A DNA stretch of 10,190 bases, taken from NCBI GenBank assembly GCA_963802945.1, contig CAWDKY010000040.1, positions 1 to 10,190 of the forward strand. The letters are read 5' to 3'. The position numbers and the translations under genes are program-made. Positions 1-7,152 of the stretch are shown piece by piece. Source of the DNA: an uncultured delta proteobacterium. Lineage in GTDB: Bacteria; Desulfobacterota; RBG-13-43-22. The notes beneath the pieces are model-generated. The model was not told the origin of the DNA. It searched no databases and worked only from the letters and a program-made list of their open reading frames with translations. How positions within the stretch are numbered: the stretch's first letter is position 1; each line of letters begins with the position of its first letter.

Positions 1-1
1 T

Positions 2-1132
2 GGTGTGGAGGCCGAGGTCCTGCCCGATTCGGACCAGGAAACCCTGAGTTACGGCCGGAAATTGACCTCCGGCAAAGAATGTTATCCCTGCATCCTGACC
101 ACCGGAGATATGGTTAAGCTGATCAACCGAAAAAACTTTGATCCTGACCGTTCGGCCTTTTTTATGCCTTCCGGAACCGGTCCCTGCCGATTCGGGCAAT
201 ACCATCGCTTTCACCGCCTGGTCCTGGATGAACTGGGTTTTTCTCAGGTGCCGGTGTATGCACCTGACCAGAGTGAAGCCTTATACCAGGAATTGGGTAT
301 GGTCGGGGGGAGTGATTTTGCCCGTCTGGGCTGGCAGGGGATCGTGGCCATTGATTGTCTGGAAAAGAAACTCCGGGAGACCCGTCCCTATGAAAAAAAC
401 CCAGGGGAAACCAATCAGGTTTACCAGACGTATTTAACTAAGGTTTCGGAGACCATTACCTCCAGAGGGGATTTGGTGGAGGTCCTTAAGGAGGCCAGAG
501 TCGCCTTTGATACCATCCCCGTGGAAAACCCCGGCTCCAAACCGGTCATCGGCATGGTCGGAGAGATCTACACCCGGGCCAACAAATTTGCCAATGAAAA
601 TGTGATCCTCGAGGTCGAGGCCCTGGGGGGAGAGGCCTGGCTGCCTCCGATTGCCGAATGGATCCTCTATACGAATCAAACCTCCATCTGGAGGGCTAGG
701 TGGCTCCGAAAATATTCCAGCCTCTTAGAACTCCTTTTAACCCACCATGTTCAAACCAAATTGGAGCATGAACTGGAGCAGACCTTTAAAGGGTCTTTAC
801 GCAATTTTAGTGAGCCTCCCATCAAGTCCACCTTGAAGAACGCCCATCCTTATCTGCATCCCTCCTTCGAGGGCGAGGCTATCCTGAGTCTGGGCAAGGC
901 CAAGGACTTCTATTCCAGAGGGGCCTGTGGGTTAATCAACATCATGCCTTTCACCTGCATGCCGGGAACCATCGTCAATGCCTTACTGAAACGGTTCCGG
1001 GAAGATCACCAAAATATCCCCTTCCTGAACCTCTCTTACGACGGCCAGGAACAAACCAATACCCGTACCCGTCTGGAGGCCTTTATGTATCAGGTGCAAC
1101 AGGTCCAGGCCGGGAAAGCCAAAGGAAGGTAA
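2..1132 (+). CDS. C-terminal part (5'-truncated by the window) of a CoA-substrate-specific enzyme activase / DUF2229, 2-hydroxyacyl-CoA dehydratase-related multidomain protein
   Basis: Frame is open from base 2 to TAA at 1130-1132. Motifs GKECYPCILTTGD, GPCRFGQY, VGEIY, PFTCMPGT and YDG..TRLEAF are typical of the C-terminal domains of these large anaerobe fusion proteins. The GTG start at 5 in the ORF track is probably an edge artefact. Confidence 0.75.
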   Translation, partial: GVEAEVLPDSDQETLSYGRKLTSGKECYPCILTTGDMVKLINRKNFDPDRSAFFMPSGTGPCRFGQYHRFHRLVLDELGFSQVPVYAPDQSEALYQELGMVGGSDFARLGWQGIVAIDCLEKKLRETRPYEKNPGETNQVYQTYLTKVSETITSRGDLVEVLKEARVAFDTIPVENPGSKPVIGMVGEIYTRANKFANENVILEVEALGGEAWLPPIAEWILYTNQTSIWRARWLRKYSSLLELLLTHHVQTKLEHELEQTFKGSLRNFSEPPIKSTLKNAHPYLHPSFEGEAILSLGKAKDFYSRGACGLINIMPFTCMPGTIVNALLKRFREDHQNIPFLNLSYDGQEQTNTRTRLEAFMYQVQQVQAGKAKGR

Positions 1133-1134
1133 CC

Positions 1135-2682
1135 ATGCCCCCAGTCAAAAAACTCCTGATCAATGCCGTGGATCCGGAAGAATACAGGGTCGCCCTGATC
1201 GAAGATGGCATCCTGGAGGAATTTTATATCGAGACCACGGCCAAAGAGCAGATTCGAAGTAATATTTATAAGGGAGTCGTGGCCCATATCGAACCGGCCC
1301 TGCAAGCCGCCTTTGTGGATTACGGGGGCGAAAAAAATGGATTTCTTCAGGCCGATGAGATTCATCCGGAGTATCACCTCGAATCCGCGGAGCCTTCTGA
1401 TTCGCACAAGCACGGACGAATACCCATCCAGAAAATGATCCGCCGCGGGCAGGAAATTCTGGTTCAAGTGACCAAGGAGGAGTCGGGGACCAAAGGGGTG
1501 GCCCTGACGACCTATATCTCTCTGCCAGGAAGTTTTCTGGTCTTAACGCCCGGCCAACCTGGAGTGGGGATATCCCGAAAGATAGAAGATGAAGCTGAAA
1601 GGGATCGTTTGAAAGCCATTCTGGCCCAATTTAAGGTTCCTGAAGAGATAGGCACGATCGTTCGAACCGCCGGAGCAGGAAAGAAAAAACAGGAACTGGC
1701 CAAAAACTTGGAATCCTTGTTGAAATTATGGGGAGAAATACGTGAGCGGGCCATGAAGCAGCCGGCCCCTTCCTTAGTCTATAAGGAAATGGATCTGGCC
1801 ATCCGGACCATCCGGGATCTTTTTACACCGGACATTCAGGAGATATTGATCGACAATAAAGACATCTATAAACAGGTCCGTGATTTTTTAGCCATTATTG
1901 ATCCCCGTCAAGTTAATCACGTCAAGCTTTATAAAGAAACCCGGCCGATCTTTTCTAAACATCAGATCGAAAATCAGATAGAAACGATCTTTCAAAATCG
2001 AGTTAAATTAAAATCCGGAGGGCAAATTGTCATTGATTCCACCGAAGCGCTGGTGGCGGTGGATGTCAATTCCGGACGTTCAATCAAAGAAAGGCAGGTT
2101 GAGGAAACCGCTTTCAAGACCAATGTGGAAGCCGCCGAAGAGATCGCCCGTCAACTGCGGTTAAGAGATCTGGGGGGATTGATCGTCATTGACTTTATTG
2201 ATATGAAAGGAACCAAAAATCAAAACGAAGTGGTCAAGGTTTTTAAGAACTACCTCAAAAGGGATAAGGCCCGAACCACGGTTTCGCGTATCTCCAAATT
2301 CGGCCTTCTTGAGCTGTCCCGCCAGCGCATCCGGCCACCCATAGAGTTCGGCACCTATTACACCTGTCCGACCTGTCAAGGAAAAGGTTTAGTCCGTTCC
2401 ACAGAAACGCTGGCCCTCATGTATTTGAGAAAGATCTGGCTGGGGATCTCCAAGGGGACCATCACTACGGTGAACGGGGTGCTTCCTTTGGAAGTGGCCA
2501 ATTACCTACTGAATCGGAAACGGGAAGAACTGACCCGTTTGGAGGAACGCCATCGGGTATCCATTTTTCTGGAAGGCCAGCCTAAAATGATGCCGGAAGA
2601 AGGAAAGCTGGAGTTTATCAAGAAAAAAAAGGAAGCCCCTGTTTCACAACCCGAAACAACAACCCAGGAAGAAAACCAATAA
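1135..2682 (+). CDS. rne: Rne/Rng family endoribonuclease, RNase E-like, catalytic region only (515 aa)
   Basis: S1-domain motif NIYKGVVAHIEPALQAAFVDYGGEKNGFL (closer to RNase E than RNase G), VDVNSG, IARQLRLRDLGGLIVIDFIDM, SKFGLLELSRQR and Zn-link CPTC. ATG lies 2 nt after the upstream stop, with AAGGAAGG upstream. Confidence 0.93.
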   Translation: MPPVKKLLINAVDPEEYRVALIEDGILEEFYIETTAKEQIRSNIYKGVVAHIEPALQAAFVDYGGEKNGFLQADEIHPEYHLESAEPSDSHKHGRIPIQKMIRRGQEILVQVTKEESGTKGVALTTYISLPGSFLVLTPGQPGVGISRKIEDEAERDRLKAILAQFKVPEEIGTIVRTAGAGKKKQELAKNLESLLKLWGEIRERAMKQPAPSLVYKEMDLAIRTIRDLFTPDIQEILIDNKDIYKQVRDFLAIIDPRQVNHVKLYKETRPIFSKHQIENQIETIFQNRVKLKSGGQIVIDSTEALVAVDVNSGRSIKERQVEETAFKTNVEAAEEIARQLRLRDLGGLIVIDFIDMKGTKNQNEVVKVFKNYLKRDKARTTVSRISKFGLLELSRQRIRPPIEFGTYYTCPTCQGKGLVRSTETLALMYLRKIWLGISKGTITTVNGVLPLEVANYLLNRKREELTRLEERHRVSIFLEGQPKMMPEEGKLEFIKKKKEAPVSQPETTTQEENQ

Positions 2683-2717
2683 ACCCGTGAGGGTTTCGAG
2701 TTTCGGGTTGTTTTTTT
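2681..2717 (+). terminator. Candidate intrinsic terminator / 3' hairpin after rne
   Basis: AAACCC-GTGA-GGGTTT hairpin (2681-2696, GNRA loop) nested in a 12-bp inverted repeat (2646-2657 / 2700-2711) and followed by a T7 run (2711-2717). Confidence 0.55.
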
Positions 2718-2750
2718 CACTCGTCACTCGTCACTCGTCACTCGTCACTC
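2717..2750. repeat. Heptamer tandem repeat (TCACTCG)x4 + TCACTC
   Basis: Read directly: four perfect units at 2717-2744 and a 6-nt partial unit at 2745-2750, ending 3 nt before the ATG at 2754. Confidence 0.95.
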
Positions 2751-2753
2751 TCA

Positions 2754-3605
2754 ATGATCATCGACATCCATACCCACATCTTCCCTCCTGAAATCTGCCA
2801 AAACCGAGAACGATTTTTCCCTGGAGAGCCAGCTTTTGAGCTTCTGTATCGGGACAAAAAAAAGTCCCCCATGACTAGCGTCGATGGTCTTATTGAAGCC
2901 ATGGACCGAGATGGGATCCAGGCCTCGGTCACCTTCGGATTTCCCTGGAAACAGCCTAAATTGATGCGCCGTTCCAATGACTATGTCTTGGAAGCCATAA
3001 CCATTTATCCGAACCGTCTATTGGGGTTCGTCTGTCTGAATCCGGAAAACCCCGAAGCCCTTGAAGAAGGAGAGCGCTGTTTAAAGGCCGGCCTGAAAGG
3101 GTTGGGGGAGATTGCTCTCTATATGCTCTTGGCCGAGGGCTCCTTTGTTGACCGGATGCGTCCTTTGGTCGAGATGGCCACGAAGTGGAAAGTTCCGGTC
3201 TTGATCCATACCAGCGAACCGGTGGGACATCAGTATCCGGGGAAAGGACACCTGCCATTTACTGAGCTCTATGAATTGATCAAAGCCTTCCCCTCAACTA
3301 TCTTTATCCTGGCCCATTGGGGAGGAGGATTGTGGTGGTATCAATTGATGAAACGGGAAGTTGGGAAGGTTCTGGCCAACACCTATTTTGACACGGCTGC
3401 ATCGCCCTTTCTCTACCGGCCGGAGATCTACGAGCATGCCCTCAAAATAATCGGCGTAGAAAAGATCTTGTATGGAAGCGACTATCCGCTTCTACCACTG
3501 AAGCGGTATTTAAAGGAAATGAATCAGGCCGGGTTGACCAAAAAACAGCAAGCCGCTATCCTGGGTGGGAACAGTCAAAAGGTGTTGGGCTGGCCTGTTT
3601 TTTAG
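2754..3605 (+). CDS. Amidohydrolase family protein (Amidohydro_2-type metal-dependent TIM-barrel hydrolase)
   Basis: N-terminal DIHTH (HxH), GLGE, IHTSE, LAHWGG, YFDTA and GSDYP motifs; 283 aa. Confidence 0.88.
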   Translation: MIIDIHTHIFPPEICQNRERFFPGEPAFELLYRDKKKSPMTSVDGLIEAMDRDGIQASVTFGFPWKQPKLMRRSNDYVLEAITIYPNRLLGFVCLNPENPEALEEGERCLKAGLKGLGEIALYMLLAEGSFVDRMRPLVEMATKWKVPVLIHTSEPVGHQYPGKGHLPFTELYELIKAFPSTIFILAHWGGGLWWYQLMKREVGKVLANTYFDTAASPFLYRPEIYEHALKIIGVEKILYGSDYPLLPLKRYLKEMNQAGLTKKQQAAILGGNSQKVLGWPVF

Positions 3606-3694
3606 CTTATCCCTTCATCAAGGTTACTTCTAAAAAATATTTTTCAGATGGCTTATCGGAACACCGAGGAACGGTAAAACAATAACGGCTGAAA

Positions 3695-4174
3695 ATGAAG
3701 ATTGGCATATTATCCGATACCCACTTGACCCGGGTAACCCCTGAGTTTAAGCGTCTCATCAAAACACACTTTACGGATGTGGATCTTATCCTCCATGCCG
3801 GAGACATGGTCGATCTGCCCGTATATGAATTTCTCCAGTCCCTTAAGGTTGAAGCCGTCCAGGGGAACATGGATTCGGATAATTTAAAGGCCATCCTACC
3901 AGTGAAAAAAACCTTTACCTTCGGCGACTTTAAAATCGGTCTGATTCACGGCTGGGGCTCTGCAGGGGGATTGGAGGATCGGCTCAGGCCTGAATTTTCC
4001 GGCATCAATTGTTTGGTTTATGGGCATTCCCATAAACCGGCCAATCATTGGTCTGATGGGATTCTTTTTTTTAATCCCGGATCGGCCTCGGGGATCGGAT
4101 TCTTCAGAAAACCGACGATAGGATTCATCTATATCGATGATTCGGGATTAAAAGGAGAGCTCATCGAAATTTAA
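3695..4174 (+). CDS. YfcE/MJ0936/Vps29-type metallophosphoesterase
   Basis: Calcineurin-like motifs SDTH, HAGD, GNMD, HG, GHSH and NPGS; 159 aa. Confidence 0.92.
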   Translation: MKIGILSDTHLTRVTPEFKRLIKTHFTDVDLILHAGDMVDLPVYEFLQSLKVEAVQGNMDSDNLKAILPVKKTFTFGDFKIGLIHGWGSAGGLEDRLRPEFSGINCLVYGHSHKPANHWSDGILFFNPGSASGIGFFRKPTIGFIYIDDSGLKGELIEI

Positions 4175-4345
4175 AACAAAAATAGTAGTACGGTAGTCTT
4201 TTGTCTTGGTGTTTTGGCTATCGATGGGTATTGATAGAGTGGGATCGCCTTGACACCTATGCCTGCACGCCTCCACAATAATAGGTGATATCATCAGACC
4301 GAAGGATAACACCACGATAATCGGGTAACGTGTTCTGCTCTATAG

Positions 4346-4819
4346 CTATTTGTTGACTACGGTGATTCTTTTCCGAGTTGTCTCATCCCCTGTGTCAGCA
4401 TACGGTGTCGACTCTTTAGAAGCTTCCTCTTCCCATTCTGATAGCTTGACAGCGGCAGAAGCATTTTTTTCCATGATACAGGAACCATTAAATATTGAAC
4501 CGCTTTCAATAACAATATTGGGTGTCGTGATATTACCAGTATGAACTGCGGTGTTTTTCAATATGACCTGCTCGCTTGCGGTAACATCCCCTTGAACTTC
4601 CCCATGGGATACAAGATTTTTTGTGATAATGGAAGCGGCTACTTTTGCAGTTGGCCCCACTATCAATAAACCTTCCGATATAACCTCACCTTCAAAAATC
4701 CCCTTTATCATTAGAGAACTTTTAAATTTCATGGTGCCGCGAATTTCCAAATCATCGGCAATGACTGTTGTAACTTTTTCTGCGCTGCCTTCGGAAAAAA
4801 ATGGGGGTTTATTACTCAT
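4346..4819 (-). CDS. Bactofilin (polymer-forming cytoskeletal protein, CcmA/BacA family), 157 aa with acidic C-terminal tail
   Basis: Beta-helix repeats TVIADDLEIRG..LMIKGIFEGEV..LIVGPTAKV..HGEVQGDVTA..VIESGSIFNG. Start moved from 4888 to the ATG at 4819 because of the strong RBS AGAGGAGG just upstream and the low-complexity N-rich extension in the longer ORF. Confidence 0.9.
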   Translation of the reverse strand: MSNKPPFFSEGSAEKVTTVIADDLEIRGTMKFKSSLMIKGIFEGEVISEGLLIVGPTAKVAASIITKNLVSHGEVQGDVTASEQVILKNTAVHTGNITTPNIVIESGSIFNGSCIMEKNASAAVKLSEWEEEASKESTPYADTGDETTRKRITVVNK

Positions 4820-4894
4820 GGTTTCCTCCTCTTTATTAATATTGTTATTATTTAAAAATTTTGAAAAAAATTTATTAGATAAGTTCATTGTTTT

Positions 4895-4923
4895 ATTATC
4901 AGGAAATATATTTCCATAGTCAA
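4895..4923 (-). promoter_or_regulatory. Sigma70-type promoter for the minus-strand bactofilin, with a palindromic operator in the spacer
   Basis: TTGACT (4923-4918), 17-nt spacer, GATAAT (4900-4895). The spacer holds the perfect 14-bp palindrome GGAAATATATTTCC (4902-4915). Confidence 0.6.
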
Positions 4924-5179
4924 TAAAAAAAAATTGGACGGCATTTGGTGTTTTATTGAAGCCTGTAAGGGGTGTTTTTTAAACATTTTTAATATAATTA
5001 CAGGTAATCATTAAATGAAAAAAAATAAAGGACTTACCCCCCAAACCTTATACCTTTACCCGAGCAGACCCTTTGAACTCCCTGAATTTTATGATTCGGC
5101 TCCTTTTTCACCCCTAAAAACAACCCATTGAACTTTCCGCCCTTCCTAATCTTAACCTTTGGTTATCCTGCGTTTCTCC

Positions 5180-5209
5180 TTGACTCTAAGATTTCTCTTA
5201 TTCTATATT
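5180..5209 (+). promoter_or_regulatory. Candidate sigma70 promoter P1 for the M23-bactofilin operon
   Basis: TTGACT (5180-5185), 18-nt spacer, TATATT (5204-5209). The region is AT-rich, so a chance match is possible. Confidence 0.4.
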
Positions 5210-5257
5210 ACCATTTTCGCAAGAATAATTTTTATCCAAAACCAAGATCATTTAAAC

Positions 5258-5288
5258 TTGATTTTTACCTGGTATTTGGTAATATAAT
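5258..5288 (+). promoter_or_regulatory. Candidate sigma70 promoter P2 for the M23-bactofilin operon
   Basis: TTGATT (5258-5263) with TGG-TAATAT (extended -10 at 5280-5285, 16-nt spacer) or TATAAT (5283-5288, 19-nt spacer). Confidence 0.4.
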
Positions 5289-5443
5289 ATTATCCGTTCA
5301 CTCTTCAGTCCTAAAAACAACCTACTACTTTCTTTAGCCCGTTAGGAGATATTAACCCATTTATTCATCCGAAAAAAATATTAGGATTCCGTAGTACCAT
5401 TTGAATCTATTCTCCCCTCTCTGGAGCTTGAAAGGATTGAACC

Positions 5444-6280
5444 ATGTACCGGTTAGGAAAGCTTTTTAAAAAGGCCTTTTTGCCTATTACGATTATGCTT
5501 GTACCCCACACCAATCTGAAACAATTCAGCTTTAGGATCCCTCTTTTAGGGATAATTGTTTCCCTGGTCTTGTTTCTATCCACTTCGGTTTATTTGGTGT
5601 CTGTTGCCGTCGAGAAAAATAAATTTCAAAGGATGGAAAAAAGGCTGAATTATTATCAGAACCAGTTTGAGGGATTGAATAATTCCATACGAGAGATAAA
5701 AAATGCGGAAAATGAATTCAGGCAGTTATTTCGTCTAAAGAGCAAAGAAAAGGTCTTGGAGAGTATTCCTTCCCCTCAAAACGGATCGGTGAATATGGCC
5801 GACTTACGAGATCAGATCCAACCTACAGTGGAAACCGTCAAGAAAATAAAGGAATATCTTTATCAAGAGAGAAATATTTATATGGCCACGCCCAAAGGGC
5901 TTCCAGTGAACGGCACCGTATCCTCTCCGTTTGGCATGCGGGTAAACCCCTTTTCCGGAAAAAAGGAATTTCATCCCGCCTTGGACATCAGAGCCGATAT
6001 AGGGACTCCGGTCAAAACCACTGCTGATGGGGTGGTTAGTTTTGCAGGTTGGACCAAAAGCGGCGGTAATATGGTGGCCATAGAACATGGTTTTGGCTAT
6101 TCCACCTACTATGCCCACAATAAAAAACTGGCTGTTGAAGCCGGCCAGCGGGTTAGAAGAGGGACAGTTATAGCCTATGTGGGGGAAACCGGAAGTGCTA
6201 CCGGCCCTCATTCCCATTACGAGGTCAAAGAAAATGGCAAGTCCGTTGATCCAAGGCAATTTATGGAGAAAGGACAATAA
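5444..6280 (+). CDS. M23 family (LytM) peptidoglycan endopeptidase with N-terminal TM helix and coiled coil (Csd1/LmdC-like architecture)
   Basis: Hydrophobic segment IPLLGIIVSLVLFLSTSVYLVSVAV, then a coiled-coil-like region, SSPFGMRVNP, HPALD (HxxxD), YYAHN, G.TG.ATGPHSHYEV (HxH) and VDP. RBS AAGGA upstream. Confidence 0.93.
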   Translation: MYRLGKLFKKAFLPITIMLVPHTNLKQFSFRIPLLGIIVSLVLFLSTSVYLVSVAVEKNKFQRMEKRLNYYQNQFEGLNNSIREIKNAENEFRQLFRLKSKEKVLESIPSPQNGSVNMADLRDQIQPTVETVKKIKEYLYQERNIYMATPKGLPVNGTVSSPFGMRVNPFSGKKEFHPALDIRADIGTPVKTTADGVVSFAGWTKSGGNMVAIEHGFGYSTYYAHNKKLAVEAGQRVRRGTVIAYVGETGSATGPHSHYEVKENGKSVDPRQFMEKGQ

Positions 6281-6284
6281 TAAG

Positions 6285-6659
6285 ATGTTTAAAAACAACA
6301 AGGGAATTGAGTCTATCATAGGCGTCCAAACAGAGACTAAGGGGGATATAAAGACTAAAGGGACCATCCGGATAGATGGAACCGTTGAAGGGACCCTTGA
6401 AGCCGACTGGATTATTTTAGGGGAATCGGGACATTTTAAAGGAGATATCACCACCCGTGGAGTGATCATCGGGGGAAAAGTTGAAGGCCGAATCAACGCC
6501 GATGAGAGCATTGAGATTAAACCCAAAGGACATATTATCGGGGATGTAACGACTTCAAAATTGATTATATCCGAGGGGGGGATACTGGAAGGTCACTCCA
6601 TAATGCATCATGAGAATTCCACGGTAGTTAAATTTCAACAAAAGAAAGAAGACCAGTAA
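6285..6659 (+). CDS. Bactofilin (CcmA/BacA family), 124 aa
   Basis: SIIG..TKGDIKTKGTIRIDGTVEG..ILGESGHFKGDI..IIGGKVEGRI..GDVTTSKLIISEGGILEG. True start is most likely the ATG at 6285 (4 nt after the M23 stop, AAGGA at 6270-6274), not 6177. Confidence 0.93.
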   Translation: MFKNNKGIESIIGVQTETKGDIKTKGTIRIDGTVEGTLEADWIILGESGHFKGDITTRGVIIGGKVEGRINADESIEIKPKGHIIGDVTTSKLIISEGGILEGHSIMHHENSTVVKFQQKKEDQ

Positions 6660-6728
6660 CAAAACTGCCCTGTCGGTGACCGCGAGGCAAAGGTCATAAG
6701 ATTAAAAATTAATTGGAAAGTAAAAAGT

Positions 6729-7022
6729 TTACGATCTTACCATCGCCTTTCCCCTGCAAACCGCCAGGCTGATCGCAGGTAGTGTTACCTTCAATAGTGC
6801 GCCAACTCAACTAGGCCGATTCCTAAATAATCTGTTGCCCAGGAACACAGAATGCTGTGAATCAGGCCTGCTCCAACATTTTTTCAGGTTCTATGTCTAT
6901 TATTTCGGCAACCCACGGTACAATCTTTTATAAATCATACCCTTCCGACAGCATTTGATCCTTCTTTTGGGGCTTTTCTTCTGCTTGAGATAACACATTC
7001 TGAAAAAACATGGTCGTCCCCC
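6729..7022 (-). pseudogene. Decayed C-terminal fragment of a Y1/RAYT-type (IS200-like) transposase with a DnaA domain IV-like HTH tail
   Basis: Pieces in different frames read GDD / FQNVLSQAEEKPQKKDQMLSEGYDL*KIVPWVAEIIDIEPEK (from 7011) / HSILCSWATDYLGIGLVELAHY (6859-6794) / LKVTLPAISLAVCRGKAMVRS* (6794-6729). They resemble, from memory, the C-terminal pattern of deltaproteobacterial RAYT-like transposases (GDxxFV..VL..AEE..GYDL..VAE..RSLLCYWA..LG..ELA..L..PAIS.AV.RG). In-frame stops and frameshifts are present. Confidence 0.6.
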
Positions 7023-7046
7023 TTTTTGAAGAGAAAAATTAATAAA

Positions 7047-7076
7047 TTGACTTTATTGAGTAAAATACAATATATA
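7047..7076 (+). promoter_or_regulatory. Weak candidate promoter for pyrK-pyrD
   Basis: TTGACT at 7047-7052 followed by an AT-rich TATATA at 7071-7076 (18-nt spacer). The -10 is a poor match. Confidence 0.3.
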
Positions 7077-7152
7077 AAAATATCAGGCCAATGGAAAAGT
7101 AATCTTTAACTTAAATTGATTGAAATTTTTATCTGGGTTCTAAGCATTGCCT

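Noticed and set aside
2717-2750. Repeat as a CRISPR array
   Set aside because: Contiguous 7-mers with no spacers and no cas genes in the window.
138-2977. Short alternative-frame and antisense ORFs (138-437, 434-679, 1090-1467, 1205-1438, 1512-1754, 2161-2379, 2502-2720, 2738-2977)
   Set aside because: All overlap strongly supported genes and carry no motifs.
3633-3644. Palindrome AAAAATATTTTT upstream of the phosphoesterase
   Set aside because: Low-complexity A/T only; expected by chance.
5128-5337. 69-aa hydrophobic ORF in the divergent intergenic region
   Set aside because: TTG start, no RBS, F/L/Y-rich composition expected from T-rich DNA, and it overlaps the candidate promoters.
5804-6526. 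240-aa minus-strand ORF
   Set aside because: Lies fully antisense to the well-supported M23 and bactofilin genes and has no recognisable motifs; shadow ORF.
7020-7150. PyrR-type attenuator upstream of pyrK
   Set aside because: No PyrR-binding loop consensus or terminator/antiterminator pair is visible; the region is simply AT-rich.
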